This document shows positions 10,301-19,624 of a stretch of 64,000 bases of DNA, piece by piece. Made by a program: the position numbers and the translations under genes. Origin of the DNA: a virus; IMG/VR virus record IMGVR_UViG_3300042691_015660; one strand, given 5' to 3'. Under the pieces are notes generated by a model. The model did no database searches. It was not told the origin of the DNA and saw nothing but the letters and a program-made list of their open reading frames with translations. The first letter of the stretch is position 1. Each line of letters starts with the position of its first letter.

Positions 10301-13300
10301 TATAGAAGTAGAAAATGCCTCTGGTATTCTAGAAGGCATGGGTATCGATAATGGAACTGGAACAGCTATTTTTGTAACTGGCATATCAGGAACTACTGTT
10401 AGTTTAAGTGCTCCATTAGCTGCGCCTAAGATTGGTTCATCAGAAGTTTATACAGGCTTATCAGCTACACTTACTAATCCAATTGGTTCAGGTGCGACCT
10501 TTAACTTTGCTAGAGTAAACGGATCATATCAATATGTAGGTGTTGCTAATGGAGGATCGAACTATCTAGTAGGTGATAGAGTAAGAATTCTAGGAAGTCT
10601 ACTAGGCGGTAGTGATACTACAAACGATATTACTATTACAATTTTAAGTGTAGATAGCGGCGGGTCGGTTGCTAATGTTGACAGTTCGATTCCTATTGCA
10701 TTTTCAGGAACAAGTGTAAATGGATCAATAACCTATAGTCCTGTAAGTCAATCGACTACTACAGGATCAGGTATTAATAGTACTTGGAATGTAGTCAGAA
10801 GTGATACAGGAGATTCTTCAGCAGGCTTGTATTCTGTAACTAATATTAATCCAGGTAGTAATTTTAATCCTGGAGATCAAATTGTTATTACAGGCGATCT
10901 GCTAGGAGGATCAACACCTGAAAATGATTTGTTTATAAATGTTCAAACAGTGGGCGGGTTGGGAGAAATTTTAACATACGGAACATTGGGTAGTGCCTTA
11001 GGAACCGACACAGTGTTTACTAATTTGTCATGTAGTAATCTTTCTCATTCAGGAGTAGGCGCAGTATTTACAGTTTCTAGATTTGCAGGAGCGTATACTG
11101 CTACAATAACAAGTGGCGGCAGCAACTACAAAGTTGGCAATGTGCTAACTATCACTGGTAGCTCAGTTGGCGGAACAATACCAACTAATAACCTAACAAT
11201 GACTGTTACTCAGATAGACGGTGGAACTGGAGCCATTCAACTTGTGTTAGAATCAGGTAATGCTATATCTGGAAGTGTACTTGACTTTATTTCAGCAATA
11301 TCTTTGAGTGAAGTTACCATAGGAACTATAGCAGATGCTACTTCGATAGCGTATGCTGCTATTGCCGGTATTCAAGTAGATTTTACTACAGCACACGGAT
11401 TGGTTCCTGGAGCTAGCATCACTACATCTATTAATAGTAATGGAACTAATCACGGATATGCGGCAGGCCCATTTTTTGTAGAAAGTGTTCCAACACCAAC
11501 AAGAATTCGTTACACAGCAAGAACCAGCGGAACAATAGATACATCGACAATATCACTTACAGGAACGGTATACACACGATCAGATGCATACTTTATACAT
11601 AGGCCCTACGACGGCGGCGTACAGTTAGGAACTGGTGGTCCGCAGCATGGTGCTCAAGCAATTCGTATGAGTAAAAAATACATTCGTTATCAGTCAGGTA
11701 AAGGAGTAATGTACACTACTGGTGCGTTGTTTGCTCCTAGTTATGATTTACAAAGTTTAACAGCAACAGGAACTAGTATTGGTTCATACATCACCGTGGT
11801 CACCGATGATGTAGATCATGGATGCCAGATCGGCGGAGTAATCAAAATTAAAGGAGTTGTTACTTCTGGATATAACGGGGAGTATACTGTTACTGATATT
11901 ATTAATGAAAGACAATTTAGAATACAAGCACAAACTGTGTTAGGAAATGTCTATGCTACTCTATCAGGTCAAGCACAAATGAGTCTTGTGCGTTGGCACG
12001 GAGCTACTGTAAGGGCCGGCACGTTTGATGAACAAAATGGAATTTTTTGGCAATATGATGGTCAGACTTTAAGTGTTGGTAGAAGAACTAGTACATTCCA
12101 ATTAGCAGGCACAGTTAGTATAACTAGAGATACAAATTTAATTACAGGTACAAACACTAGATTTAGAGATCAGTTAAGTGCCGGCGATAAGATTGTTATT
12201 AAAGGCATGACTCATTGTGTTGCTAGTATAGACAGTCAAACAAGTATGACAGTGACTCCTGATTATCGAGGAGCTGTAGACGCAGTTAACAGCAAACTAT
12301 GTAAAGTTGAAGACATAATTATACCTCAGGACCAATTTAATTTAGACAGATTAGACGGCAATGGACCTAGCGGATATAATGTAGATACATCCACTATGCA
12401 GATGATTGGAATTCAATATACTTGGTATGGTGCGGGATTTATTGATTTTATGTTAAGAGGTAGCGACGGTAATTATGTTTTTGTTCACCGTATTAGAAAT
12501 AGTAATACTAATACTGAAGCTTATATGCGAACTGGTAACTTGCCGGTTAGATACGAAGTTATTAATGAAGGAGCCAGAGATAAATTAGCTAGTTCTATTA
12601 CATCTTCACAAACAACGATTCCGTTAACAGATGCTACCAACTTTCCAAACGAATCCGGAGTAGTATTAATAGATAACGAACTTGTTGCCTTTACAGGAAA
12701 GAGTGGAAATACACTAACAGGATGTACGAGAGCAGCACCTATGACTAATTTTGTAGCAGGAGCATCAAGAACATTTACAGCTGGGTCTGCAAATTCACAT
12801 GAATATAATACTGGAGTAGTGCTTGTTTCTAATACAGTAAGTCCTATTATTAGTCACTGGGGTAGTGCGTTCTTAACAGACGGAAGGTTCGACGAAGATC
12901 GCGGCTACTTGTTTAACTATGCTGCTACAAACGTTAGTATTTCGACAACTAAAAGAACAGCTTTTCTTATTAGACTAGCACCTAGTGTGAGTAATGCGAT
13001 TGTAGGAGATTTAGGGGAACGTGAGTTACTAAATCGTGCGCAATTGTTACTAAAGGGTATTGAAATTACAGCAGATAGTGGTACCGGCGGTATCGTTGTA
13101 GAAGGTGTACTAAATCCACAAAATTATCCCGTTAGCCCGTCAGATATTTCTTGGTCTGGATTACAAGGATCAGCACAAGGTGGCCAACCAAGTTTTAGTC
13201 AAATCGCACCTGGCGGTTCGGTAGTCTGGAGTTCAGCAGGCAGTACTTCTGCTACAGCTACTACATTAACATTTCCTACAGGATCTATTACAGCCAGAGC

Positions 13301-14024
13301 ATTAAGTTGGCGTAGTAACAGAAGCCTTCAAAACAATGAAAATTATTTTGCGATTACAGAATCTGATAGGAATACATATATAAGTCAAGGACTAGCAGTG
13401 GGTGACAGAATTAGTGGTACTGGTATTCCGGCTAATGCTACTATCACACAAATAAGTTTCTGGTACAATGACGGTGTATTAGGGCCTCTTTGGTTCGTAG
13501 CAATGAATCAAAATGCTAATCAAAACGTAGCTGGTAATTCTACGTTAACTGTAACTAAAGCTTACAATACTACTAATACATCTGTGTTGTTCTTCCAAAG
13601 CGCAAGTTGGGTTTCTTCTGGAGCAACAACTGGTACTGAAGTAGACGATAATACAAAATACCCAGGCGGTACTTTTGTGAGCAGTGCTAATGTTCAAAAT
13701 TATTTTGGCACATCCTACTATCGTGTAACATTTAATCAGTCTAGTATTGGCTCAGCTTTTGTTCCTGGAACTACCACACTACAGTTTAAATTTGGTATTC
13801 CGCCTTATGCGCAGCCTGGAGAAACTGTATTTTCATTCGTTGCTGGTCCGGGAACAACTAGTGTACTAGACTTAAGCGAACTTAAAGAACTTACAAATAC
13901 CACACTAGGCGGAAGAGGAACTTATCCTAACGGACCTGATGTACTAGCTATTAATGTGTATAAGGTAACCGGAGCAGCGATTAATTCTAATATTGTTTTA
14001 CGTTGGGGCGAAGCTCAAGCTTAA
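7323..14024 (+). CDS. Very large virion structural / tail fibre protein (2233 aa)
   Basis: GGAG SD; four N-terminal KCxRDxGY helical repeats; many G/S/T-rich beta modules (GGSNYxVGD, TTxPHG..G..I.I). Confidence 0.75.
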   Translation: MAKKRIQNYVFLPGTASSSNAYPNAYTLLVNNKSFIQKEANTYISNSIATDTAINLNPNAIGLLTNNKEFLKKEIRAYIAARVAASNGPFAGYTYDADKCERDVGYVIDAYIYDLRYGGNEQIRYVAEQYWLGGTPQVDGTRQAEIWAHTKLRDIITKYVFTRSLYPTEQVAGVVQSTVGSDAETHMQQRLSSLSEVLLDVITNGLSVLETTNLYPNAASLLTRNKEFLKDEITAWIATQVAGNIAPFVGFTYDASKCKRDVGYVIEAYISDLKNGGTEKTREAAQQYWLGGVAQVDGSRAAEVAAHTKLRDIIDDFILAKLPYTSAQNPVVTTQDVSGSTAEAGTTTIIATLASVVINTINSGLIALTNLNLYPNAATLLTNNKEFLKDEITAWIATQVAGNIAPFVGYTYDAVKCKRDVGYIIDGYIYDIRYGGKEGTRDSISQYWVGTTAQVDGNRLPEVAAHTKLRDIINNNILPKVAYSSVQSPVTSTQNLSGSAAESGVTAIITSLASVVTSVITNGLNSLPLVPITQSLRNFSGYVYDTSKCERDIGYVLDAYANDLRFGGNIETRFVASRYWESGVPQVDGDRRPEIKTHEFIRDLINSYIFPQIAYTPLQVIVSRYTNNGITYETAASSRIYNLENILTTVIENGLSSIPARSNGVTQIKVQGKINLEEILLITNTTNNEILYNFSSADYGAVVDYFDTYNSNGFSRDDDYPAFLQTADYVTTITLDIDTSTCSSSDDIQIFVEKNEMTIRPWDFGTDAIERMRVATPQSMLDADFEYGLQPTKWQAIGLLRQYPSVYEIPGTDTAVSTVVTDASVGTGNVGASLITVTTAGPHGFTVGTPITIKALANTITGFSRAEGTFLVNTVPTSSTFTYYSASKVGTSNGQVLATAYTQLRKASFYTGASLGTPSFSIYSPGSAGTITSEFITTSGSDQIAFIGTPPSIGAPLTASGINPGTQVTGVVGSGGVAVQTGAASSAIIGDTTIEVENASGILEGMGIDNGTGTAIFVTGISGTTVSLSAPLAAPKIGSSEVYTGLSATLTNPIGSGATFNFARVNGSYQYVGVANGGSNYLVGDRVRILGSLLGGSDTTNDITITILSVDSGGSVANVDSSIPIAFSGTSVNGSITYSPVSQSTTTGSGINSTWNVVRSDTGDSSAGLYSVTNINPGSNFNPGDQIVITGDLLGGSTPENDLFINVQTVGGLGEILTYGTLGSALGTDTVFTNLSCSNLSHSGVGAVFTVSRFAGAYTATITSGGSNYKVGNVLTITGSSVGGTIPTNNLTMTVTQIDGGTGAIQLVLESGNAISGSVLDFISAISLSEVTIGTIADATSIAYAAIAGIQVDFTTAHGLVPGASITTSINSNGTNHGYAAGPFFVESVPTPTRIRYTARTSGTIDTSTISLTGTVYTRSDAYFIHRPYDGGVQLGTGGPQHGAQAIRMSKKYIRYQSGKGVMYTTGALFAPSYDLQSLTATGTSIGSYITVVTDDVDHGCQIGGVIKIKGVVTSGYNGEYTVTDIINERQFRIQAQTVLGNVYATLSGQAQMSLVRWHGATVRAGTFDEQNGIFWQYDGQTLSVGRRTSTFQLAGTVSITRDTNLITGTNTRFRDQLSAGDKIVIKGMTHCVASIDSQTSMTVTPDYRGAVDAVNSKLCKVEDIIIPQDQFNLDRLDGNGPSGYNVDTSTMQMIGIQYTWYGAGFIDFMLRGSDGNYVFVHRIRNSNTNTEAYMRTGNLPVRYEVINEGARDKLASSITSSQTTIPLTDATNFPNESGVVLIDNELVAFTGKSGNTLTGCTRAAPMTNFVAGASRTFTAGSANSHEYNTGVVLVSNTVSPIISHWGSAFLTDGRFDEDRGYLFNYAATNVSISTTKRTAFLIRLAPSVSNAIVGDLGERELLNRAQLLLKGIEITADSGTGGIVVEGVLNPQNYPVSPSDISWSGLQGSAQGGQPSFSQIAPGGSVVWSSAGSTSATATTLTFPTGSITARALSWRSNRSLQNNENYFAITESDRNTYISQGLAVGDRISGTGIPANATITQISFWYNDGVLGPLWFVAMNQNANQNVAGNSTLTVTKAYNTTNTSVLFFQSASWVSSGATTGTEVDDNTKYPGGTFVSSANVQNYFGTSYYRVTFNQSSIGSAFVPGTTTLQFKFGIPPYAQPGETVFSFVAGPGTTSVLDLSELKELTNTTLGGRGTYPNGPDVLAINVYKVTGAAINSNIVLRWGEAQA
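7995..8550 (+). repeat. Exact 79-bp direct repeat (7995-8073 and 8472-8550)
   Basis: aataaagaattcctcaaagacgaa...ccatttgtagggt is identical in both copies; offset 477 bp (159 codons). Confidence 0.9.
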
Positions 14025-14467
14025 AGACTGTCGATAATGTCAGTTATAGTTTGGATCTTAGTTTGTATAATTTTATTACGCAGACTAAGATCCAATGCTT
14101 TGTGTAAAGGTTTAGGTGGTGAGGTGATAGTAAACCACCCCCAAGAACTGTGCTCATTACTTAATAGAGGCACAAATTCTGTAGGTACTACACAAAAAAA
14201 TGTATGAAAATTGAACATACTGTCATTACTGACAAAACGTTCTAAAGGAATAGTTTTTTTTATTTCTGGAAGGTATCCAAGTTCTTCTTCAATTTCTCGT
14301 TGAAGCCCTTGCCAAGCAGTTTCTCCAGATTGATTCGTACCACCAACTAACCCCCAATGACCCGAATGTTTGCCTGTATTTTTTTGAAGTAATAAAAATC
14401 GACGTGTGTCTTTCGAGCAAATCAACGCACCAGAACAGTCTACTAATTCTATAGCTCTAGTCTCCAT
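14021..14467 (-). CDS. NUDIX hydrolase
   Basis: Nudix box GG.....GETAWQGLQREIEEELG. Confidence 0.9.
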   Translation of the reverse strand: METRAIELVDCSGALICSKDTRRFLLLQKNTGKHSGHWGLVGGTNQSGETAWQGLQREIEEELGYLPEIKKTIPLERFVSNDSMFNFHTFFCVVPTEFVPLLSNEHSSWGWFTITSPPKPLHKALDLSLRNKIIQTKIQTITDIIDSL

Positions 14468-16041
14468 TGTCCCTTCTTATATTCGCCTTCAAATGATTTA
14501 ACCCAGCTTACACCGTTCCATTTATACTGTGTTAGTGTATACATATTTGTCTGATAAAGCAACTGGTCTGAGCTTTCTTTTGCTGAAAATACTATATGCC
14601 ATTTAGATCCATCCCACTCAATAATGTCATTAGCATCTGCTATAAAATCGCTGTTATCGGAATTTTTCCAAGCATCTGGACCGTCTTGATTTAAATTTAA
14701 TTTGTAAGTTACTGTACTGCCAATCGGAATAGCTGTTGGGGTAACTAGATAGTATATACCGTTGTTATCTGTTCCGCTGGCTGAGGTAAAAGTACCGTCT
14801 ACATAAAGTTCGTGACTGTTAACTAAATCAAATTCTATACCTGTGTTTATTCTTTTAGAGCTATTACTAGTTACAAAAGTATCTATGACACCTCCACCAA
14901 TACTTTCTAAAATTAGATACCTAGTTCCTATATCAGGATCTAAGCCCGAGCCATTAGGACCATTTTTTGTTGGATCAATTATAGCATCAAACGATCCCCA
15001 ACTAGTCGACAATCTACTAGGACCTTCTATCATATCATTAGTTGGAAAAGTATCCTCGTCCCAGTTTGAAACCATTATAGTTTCATCTAATGGATTTAAA
15101 CTTAGATATCCTACTACCTCACTACCATCAAATTGTAGTAAGTAAAGTTTACTTAACCCTGCTTGATATTTTCCTGGACTTTGATCTAGTATCACTCGCC
15201 AATTTAACCAAGGACCTGTAGTTCCTCTGTTGGTAATTTTAACATTGGCTTGTTCTACTAAAATATCGAAGTTTCCAATAGTAACTTTATCTTGAGACAT
15301 TACATCACTAAATGTAACCGACCCGGTACCTAAATCCATTCCGAGTCCTTCGATATACGAAAGGTCTCCAGAAATACCGCCAAACACACTAGATACTACC
15401 TTAGTAATTACTCCTAGTTTTTTTACTTTGATAGGAGGACTTAGATAGATAGGTGTTTTTAAATTTAATGTAGCAATATCTATTGAAATATTTGTACCTT
15501 GTGGCACGGATCTACTACTAAAAGTAACATCTTCTAACTCTACTACCGTCAAACTAGCCCAATCGACATAATTATCTGTAGTCTGTATTTCTAGACTAGG
15601 ATTAAAAAAGGTCAGTATTTGTTCTAAAATTTGTAACTTTTGATCTGTGCTAGTACTCCATATATCTACTTTAACTGTAAGTGTAAAAGGAGTAGGCATT
15701 GGTCGTTCAATTGTAAAACTTTGCCCTGGACTACTATTATATTGATTTGTGTCAGTGTCTATATCGCGTTCTCTAATATTAATTTTTCCTACAAAAGAAG
15801 CATCTGACAATCTACTTCGATCTAAATCTAAATCAGAAATATATACAGCAATCCTTGGAGCACTAGATAACGTGTTTTCGCTGTTTTGATTTACAATATG
15901 AGCTGCCTGTCTATCAGCATCACCATACATTACAGGTACTCTCACAATAGTACCATCACTATACTTAACAGTAAAATTACTTAATAATCTAATTATTTGT
16001 AGAAGATATCGTCTTACTTGTCCATCGTAAAAATGCAACAT
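14449..16041 (-). CDS. gp15: Tail sheath stabiliser / tail terminator, T4 gp15-like, with C-terminal extension
   Basis: N-terminal HFYDGQVRRY...RVPVMYG and P.P..L...IW......QILEQI..FFNP pattern; adjacent to neck genes. Confidence 0.75.
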   Translation of the reverse strand: MLHFYDGQVRRYLLQIIRLLSNFTVKYSDGTIVRVPVMYGDADRQAAHIVNQNSENTLSSAPRIAVYISDLDLDRSRLSDASFVGKINIRERDIDTDTNQYNSSPGQSFTIERPMPTPFTLTVKVDIWSTSTDQKLQILEQILTFFNPSLEIQTTDNYVDWASLTVVELEDVTFSSRSVPQGTNISIDIATLNLKTPIYLSPPIKVKKLGVITKVVSSVFGGISGDLSYIEGLGMDLGTGSVTFSDVMSQDKVTIGNFDILVEQANVKITNRGTTGPWLNWRVILDQSPGKYQAGLSKLYLLQFDGSEVVGYLSLNPLDETIMVSNWDEDTFPTNDMIEGPSRLSTSWGSFDAIIDPTKNGPNGSGLDPDIGTRYLILESIGGGVIDTFVTSNSSKRINTGIEFDLVNSHELYVDGTFTSASGTDNNGIYYLVTPTAIPIGSTVTYKLNLNQDGPDAWKNSDNSDFIADANDIIEWDGSKWHIVFSAKESSDQLLYQTNMYTLTQYKWNGVSWVKSFEGEYKKGQWRLEL

Positions 16042-17336
16042 TATAAATCTGCCTTAGGTCTAAGTGCTTTAGATAAGCTTTGGCGCTCTGGAACAGTTTC
16101 GCCATCAATAGTTATTGTGTTTGTATTATTAACAAATTCAGTTTTAGCAGACTTTCTAGTATCAATATTGGTCATAGTCATTCTTACATTATCTTCTCGT
16201 TTAACCCATCTTGCCCCGTTAAATCTGAATAGTCTATTAGGCATAAAATCAGTTCTTAAAAAATAATCTCCTTCTCTAGTAGTAGTAGGAAATTGTGTAC
16301 CGTGACCAAAATCTACGCCATTTTCAGGCAATCCGTCGCCTAACAAGTACCCGTTGTATCCTGAACGAATAGGTCGCTCGTGTATTCTACTAGAATCCAA
16401 AACCGTTGAACTAGCGTCCTCGTCAGTGATATCTGCTGTAGTAAGAGAAGGTTTGCCATCTTCATCTGTAGCCAATGTATAATACGATCTAGTATCGTAA
16501 CCGCTCTTAGGAGCATCTGCTTCTGCTTGAGCAATAATAGCATCGTTAATTTCTATATTTTTATTAAATGTACTTAATAATTCTTGTAAAGTATTTCCGC
16601 TATAGACACTAAAATAACTAACATTAGTAGGATCGTTTCCTGTTGTTGAATTTGTTACAGTATAAAGAACTCCTTGATACCTTACTATTTCCCCAGCGTT
16701 ATATGTCCTATCAGGATCATAATCTCCAGCATAGTTTGCGTCTTGATCTGTAGGACGTTTAAGTATATCTGCATACTGTTGCGTGTCAGAAATTTTCTTT
16801 AATTTTAATCTATAAAGGTGTGGCCACCAGGTCATACTAAACCCTTCAGCTGCTCGATTTACATCCTCGACGACAAAAAATCTAGGCATTGCTTTATCGT
16901 AATTGTTTAAAGCAAATTGATCTTTTAAATGAGGAAGTTCTAAAACATCTCCTGCTATGGGTTTTCTTCCTGTAATAGTTACAAAATCGTTTATATGAAC
17001 AGTCATATAAACCATGTCGTTATCTAAAAACAATCCAAATTGACTCAGGTTAAAATCTAAATCTTGTACTTGATAATGCCCACGTATTCTGTAAATGTCT
17101 TCGCTATACTTTCTGTCACGATTTTCTAAAAATAGAAGATCCTGTATATTTGTTTCTTTTATAACATCGTAGTGCGGCTGATCTGCTGTAGCCTGATCTA
17201 CAGGAGTATTTTGCGGCCCTAGATATTTGTGTAAGTACACATCCGTACCGCCAACAGTAAACATTTCTCTTATTTGGCGGTCTATAAACTTATAATCGTG
17301 CCCTTTTTCAGGGCGGAATAGTGATATACGTGGCAT
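16041..17336 (-). CDS. gp14: Neck / head-closure protein, T4 gp14-like
   Basis: LSQFGLFL and P..GDVLELP motifs; sits between gp13-like and gp15-like genes. Confidence 0.65.
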   Translation of the reverse strand: MPRISLFRPEKGHDYKFIDRQIREMFTVGGTDVYLHKYLGPQNTPVDQATADQPHYDVIKETNIQDLLFLENRDRKYSEDIYRIRGHYQVQDLDFNLSQFGLFLDNDMVYMTVHINDFVTITGRKPIAGDVLELPHLKDQFALNNYDKAMPRFFVVEDVNRAAEGFSMTWWPHLYRLKLKKISDTQQYADILKRPTDQDANYAGDYDPDRTYNAGEIVRYQGVLYTVTNSTTGNDPTNVSYFSVYSGNTLQELLSTFNKNIEINDAIIAQAEADAPKSGYDTRSYYTLATDEDGKPSLTTADITDEDASSTVLDSSRIHERPIRSGYNGYLLGDGLPENGVDFGHGTQFPTTTREGDYFLRTDFMPNRLFRFNGARWVKREDNVRMTMTNIDTRKSAKTEFVNNTNTITIDGETVPERQSLSKALRPKADL

Positions 17337-17343
17337 AGTACAA

Positions 17344-17359
17344 TATTTAGCGATAAATA
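17344..17359. promoter_or_regulatory. Back-to-back late-promoter motifs TATTTA-gcga-TAAATA
   Basis: Minus-strand TAAATA at 17344-17349 and plus-strand TAAATA at 17354-17359 in the 38-bp divergent gap. Confidence 0.65.
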
Positions 17360-17374
17360 CTACGGGAGATACGA

Positions 17375-18154
17375 ATGCCAGCTAATGAAATAGGAAGCAC
17401 TAATCCACAAGAAGTAAAACAAAAAGTATACGATTACTGTCGTGTTATGTTAGGCGATGGTATGATAGACGTGGAATTAGACCCAATACACTACGAAACT
17501 GCTTTAGAAAAAGCTTTAACTAAATTTAGGCAACGTAGTCCTAATAGTGTAGAAGAAAGTTATGTATTTTTAACTCTAGAAAAAGACAAAAATGATTACG
17601 TCTTGCCCCAGGAAATTGTAAATGTTCAAAGTGTTTTTAGAAGAACTCTAGGATCTAGAACAGGGGGAGGTACAGGTACAAATTTTGAGCCTTTTAATCT
17701 AGCATACACTAATACATATCTACTTAACAGTACAATGTTAGGTGGAATAAGCACTTATTTTTTGTTTGCAGGGTATCAGGAAATGGTTGGTAAAATTTTT
17801 GGTAGTTATATAGAATTTCAGTGGATTCCTACTAGTAAAGTTTTAAGGATACTACAACGTCCTTTTACCGAAGGTGAAGTTATCATGATGAGATGTCAAA
17901 ATTATCGTCCTGATTACACAATTATTGAAGACTATCTAGCTAAACAATGGATAAAAGATTATACTCTAGCTACATGTAAATTAATGCTAGGAGAAGCACG
18001 TAGCAAGTTTGGCGCTATTGCCGGTCCAGGCGGGTCCGGTCAACTTAATGGCGGAGATTTAAAATCTGCTGGTAAGGAAGAAATTGAAAAACTCGAAAAA
18101 GAGTTAGAAACATTAGTCGCAGGCGGCACCGGCTATACATTTATTATTGGCTAA
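17375..18154 (+). CDS. gp13: Neck / head-tail adaptor, T4 gp13-like
   Basis: YCRVMLG..MIDVEL, WIKDYTLA..K..LGEARSKF..IAGPGG..LNG motifs. Confidence 0.85.
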   Translation: MPANEIGSTNPQEVKQKVYDYCRVMLGDGMIDVELDPIHYETALEKALTKFRQRSPNSVEESYVFLTLEKDKNDYVLPQEIVNVQSVFRRTLGSRTGGGTGTNFEPFNLAYTNTYLLNSTMLGGISTYFLFAGYQEMVGKIFGSYIEFQWIPTSKVLRILQRPFTEGEVIMMRCQNYRPDYTIIEDYLAKQWIKDYTLATCKLMLGEARSKFGAIAGPGGSGQLNGGDLKSAGKEEIEKLEKELETLVAGGTGYTFIIG

Positions 18155-18155
18155 T

Positions 18156-18512
18156 ATGAAAGTTTACGAAATTATAAGCGAAGCAAAAGAGAAGAAAATA
18201 TCCAAAGCTATGAGAGCCAGTGCGCCACACGCCAAGCAATATGATACTATCGATCAATACTATGGCATGTATAGATTTGGAATAGCAATGGCAGGGTCTC
18301 CTGACAAAAAGACACCTACCGAAGGTCCAGCTAAAGACGTACCTGCTGTTTGGATGTACAGTAAAGGCGACGAAGAAATTGTCAACAAAGCCGAATCTAA
18401 TCAAGGAATTTCGGGCAAAACTATAGTTAAACGTGGACCAAGTGAAGAGTTAAAGTCAGTTAACAAAGTCAGTCCTGTCCCGTCGCGTAAGACAAACAAA
18501 TATGGTGTCTAA
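18156..18512 (+). CDS. Hypothetical, probable internal head protein
   Basis: ATG at 18156 just after the gp13 stop; N-terminus MKVYEIISE resembles T4 capsid-targeting sequences. Confidence 0.6.
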   Translation: MKVYEIISEAKEKKISKAMRASAPHAKQYDTIDQYYGMYRFGIAMAGSPDKKTPTEGPAKDVPAVWMYSKGDEEIVNKAESNQGISGKTIVKRGPSEELKSVNKVSPVPSRKTNKYGV

Positions 18513-18517
18513 TTTAG

Positions 18518-18546
18518 TTGACACTTTAGACAAAATAATATAAATT
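18518..18546 (+). promoter_or_regulatory. Sigma70-like promoter TTGACA-N17-TAAATT
   Basis: Perfect -35; followed by AGGAGG SD of the dNMP kinase. Confidence 0.55.
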
Positions 18547-18564
18547 ATAGCACTAGGAGGTGCT

Positions 18565-19245
18565 ATGATAGTAGGATTTATAGGTTTCATTGGATCGGGC
18601 AAAGATACTGCCGCAGATTATCTCGTTAATTTCCACGGTTTTAGAAGAGACAGTTTTGCTGCTACATTGAAAGATGCTGTAGCTAATGTATTCGGCTGGG
18701 ACAGAACACTGTTAGAAGGGCGTACTAAAGAAAGTAGAGAATGGCGAGAACAGCCTGATGAATGGTGGTCAGAACGTTTAGGCAAGCCAATTACTCCTCG
18801 ATATATTTTACAGTACTGGGGAACAGAAGTTTGTCGTAATGGATTTCATAATGATATATGGATTGCTAGTTTAGAAAACAAGATTCGAAAAACTCACGAT
18901 AATGTTGTTATCACCGATGTTAGATTTCCTAACGAAATTAAATCAATTAAAAGTGCTGGCGGAAAAGTATTCAGAATTAAACGAGGCGCTGATCCAGACT
19001 GGTATGACGATGCGTTAGCACATAATCAAGGCCCTACTAATATGCGGTGGGCATTGAGTAAAATGCACTTAAACGAAGCTAAAATACATGCCAGCGAATA
19101 CAGCTGGGTAGGCAATAAACACATTGATGCCGAAATAGACAATAACGGAACTATAGACGATTTATACAATCAACTTAGAAATCAGGTTGAAGATCGCCTT
19201 GACGCCATAGAACGCCCTCTTTATGTAGGACTCTCTGACAGTTAG
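18565..19245 (+). CDS. Deoxynucleoside monophosphate kinase (T4 gp1-like)
   Basis: GFIGSGKDT P-loop, FAATLKD, R..LQ.WGTE, DVRFPNE, HASE. Confidence 0.92.
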   Translation: MIVGFIGFIGSGKDTAADYLVNFHGFRRDSFAATLKDAVANVFGWDRTLLEGRTKESREWREQPDEWWSERLGKPITPRYILQYWGTEVCRNGFHNDIWIASLENKIRKTHDNVVITDVRFPNEIKSIKSAGGKVFRIKRGADPDWYDDALAHNQGPTNMRWALSKMHLNEAKIHASEYSWVGNKHIDAEIDNNGTIDDLYNQLRNQVEDRLDAIERPLYVGLSDS

Positions 19246-19516
19246 CACACACTGTTTTAAGATTTACTGGACGGCTGTTAGTTAAATTGCCGTCCACATG
19301 AAAAACATTAAACTGTTCTTTGTGTTTACTCTTATATCCACATTTGTCACAAATTAATTTTTGCCTGTAGCCGTCCTTGTACCACTTAGGTACTCCGTGA
19401 GCAGTTCCACCATGTTTAAGACATATCTCACACTTTTTGCGATAATAGGTCTTTCCATTCTTAACATAGTTAACAGCAGCAGGTCTTAAATTACAAATAC
19501 ACAAAGGTCTAGTCAT
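19175..19516 (-). CDS. Zn-finger / HNH endonuclease-like protein
   Basis: CxxC pairs and HVDGNLTN..PVNLKTVCANC; start reassigned to ATG 19516, 5 nt from a minus-strand TAAATA. Confidence 0.7.
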   Translation of the reverse strand: MTRPLCICNLRPAAVNYVKNGKTYYRKKCEICLKHGGTAHGVPKWYKDGYRQKLICDKCGYKSKHKEQFNVFHVDGNLTNSRPVNLKTVCANCQRVLHKEGVLWRQGDLQPDF

Positions 19517-19624
19517 AAAAATATTTATACTGGACCTTTTTGTCCCCTTTTCTTTAAGGCATAAGTAGCCAATTTTGCGTTTTTCCAATAAATAATAGTA
19601 GAACACCAAATTAGGAGATGCAAG

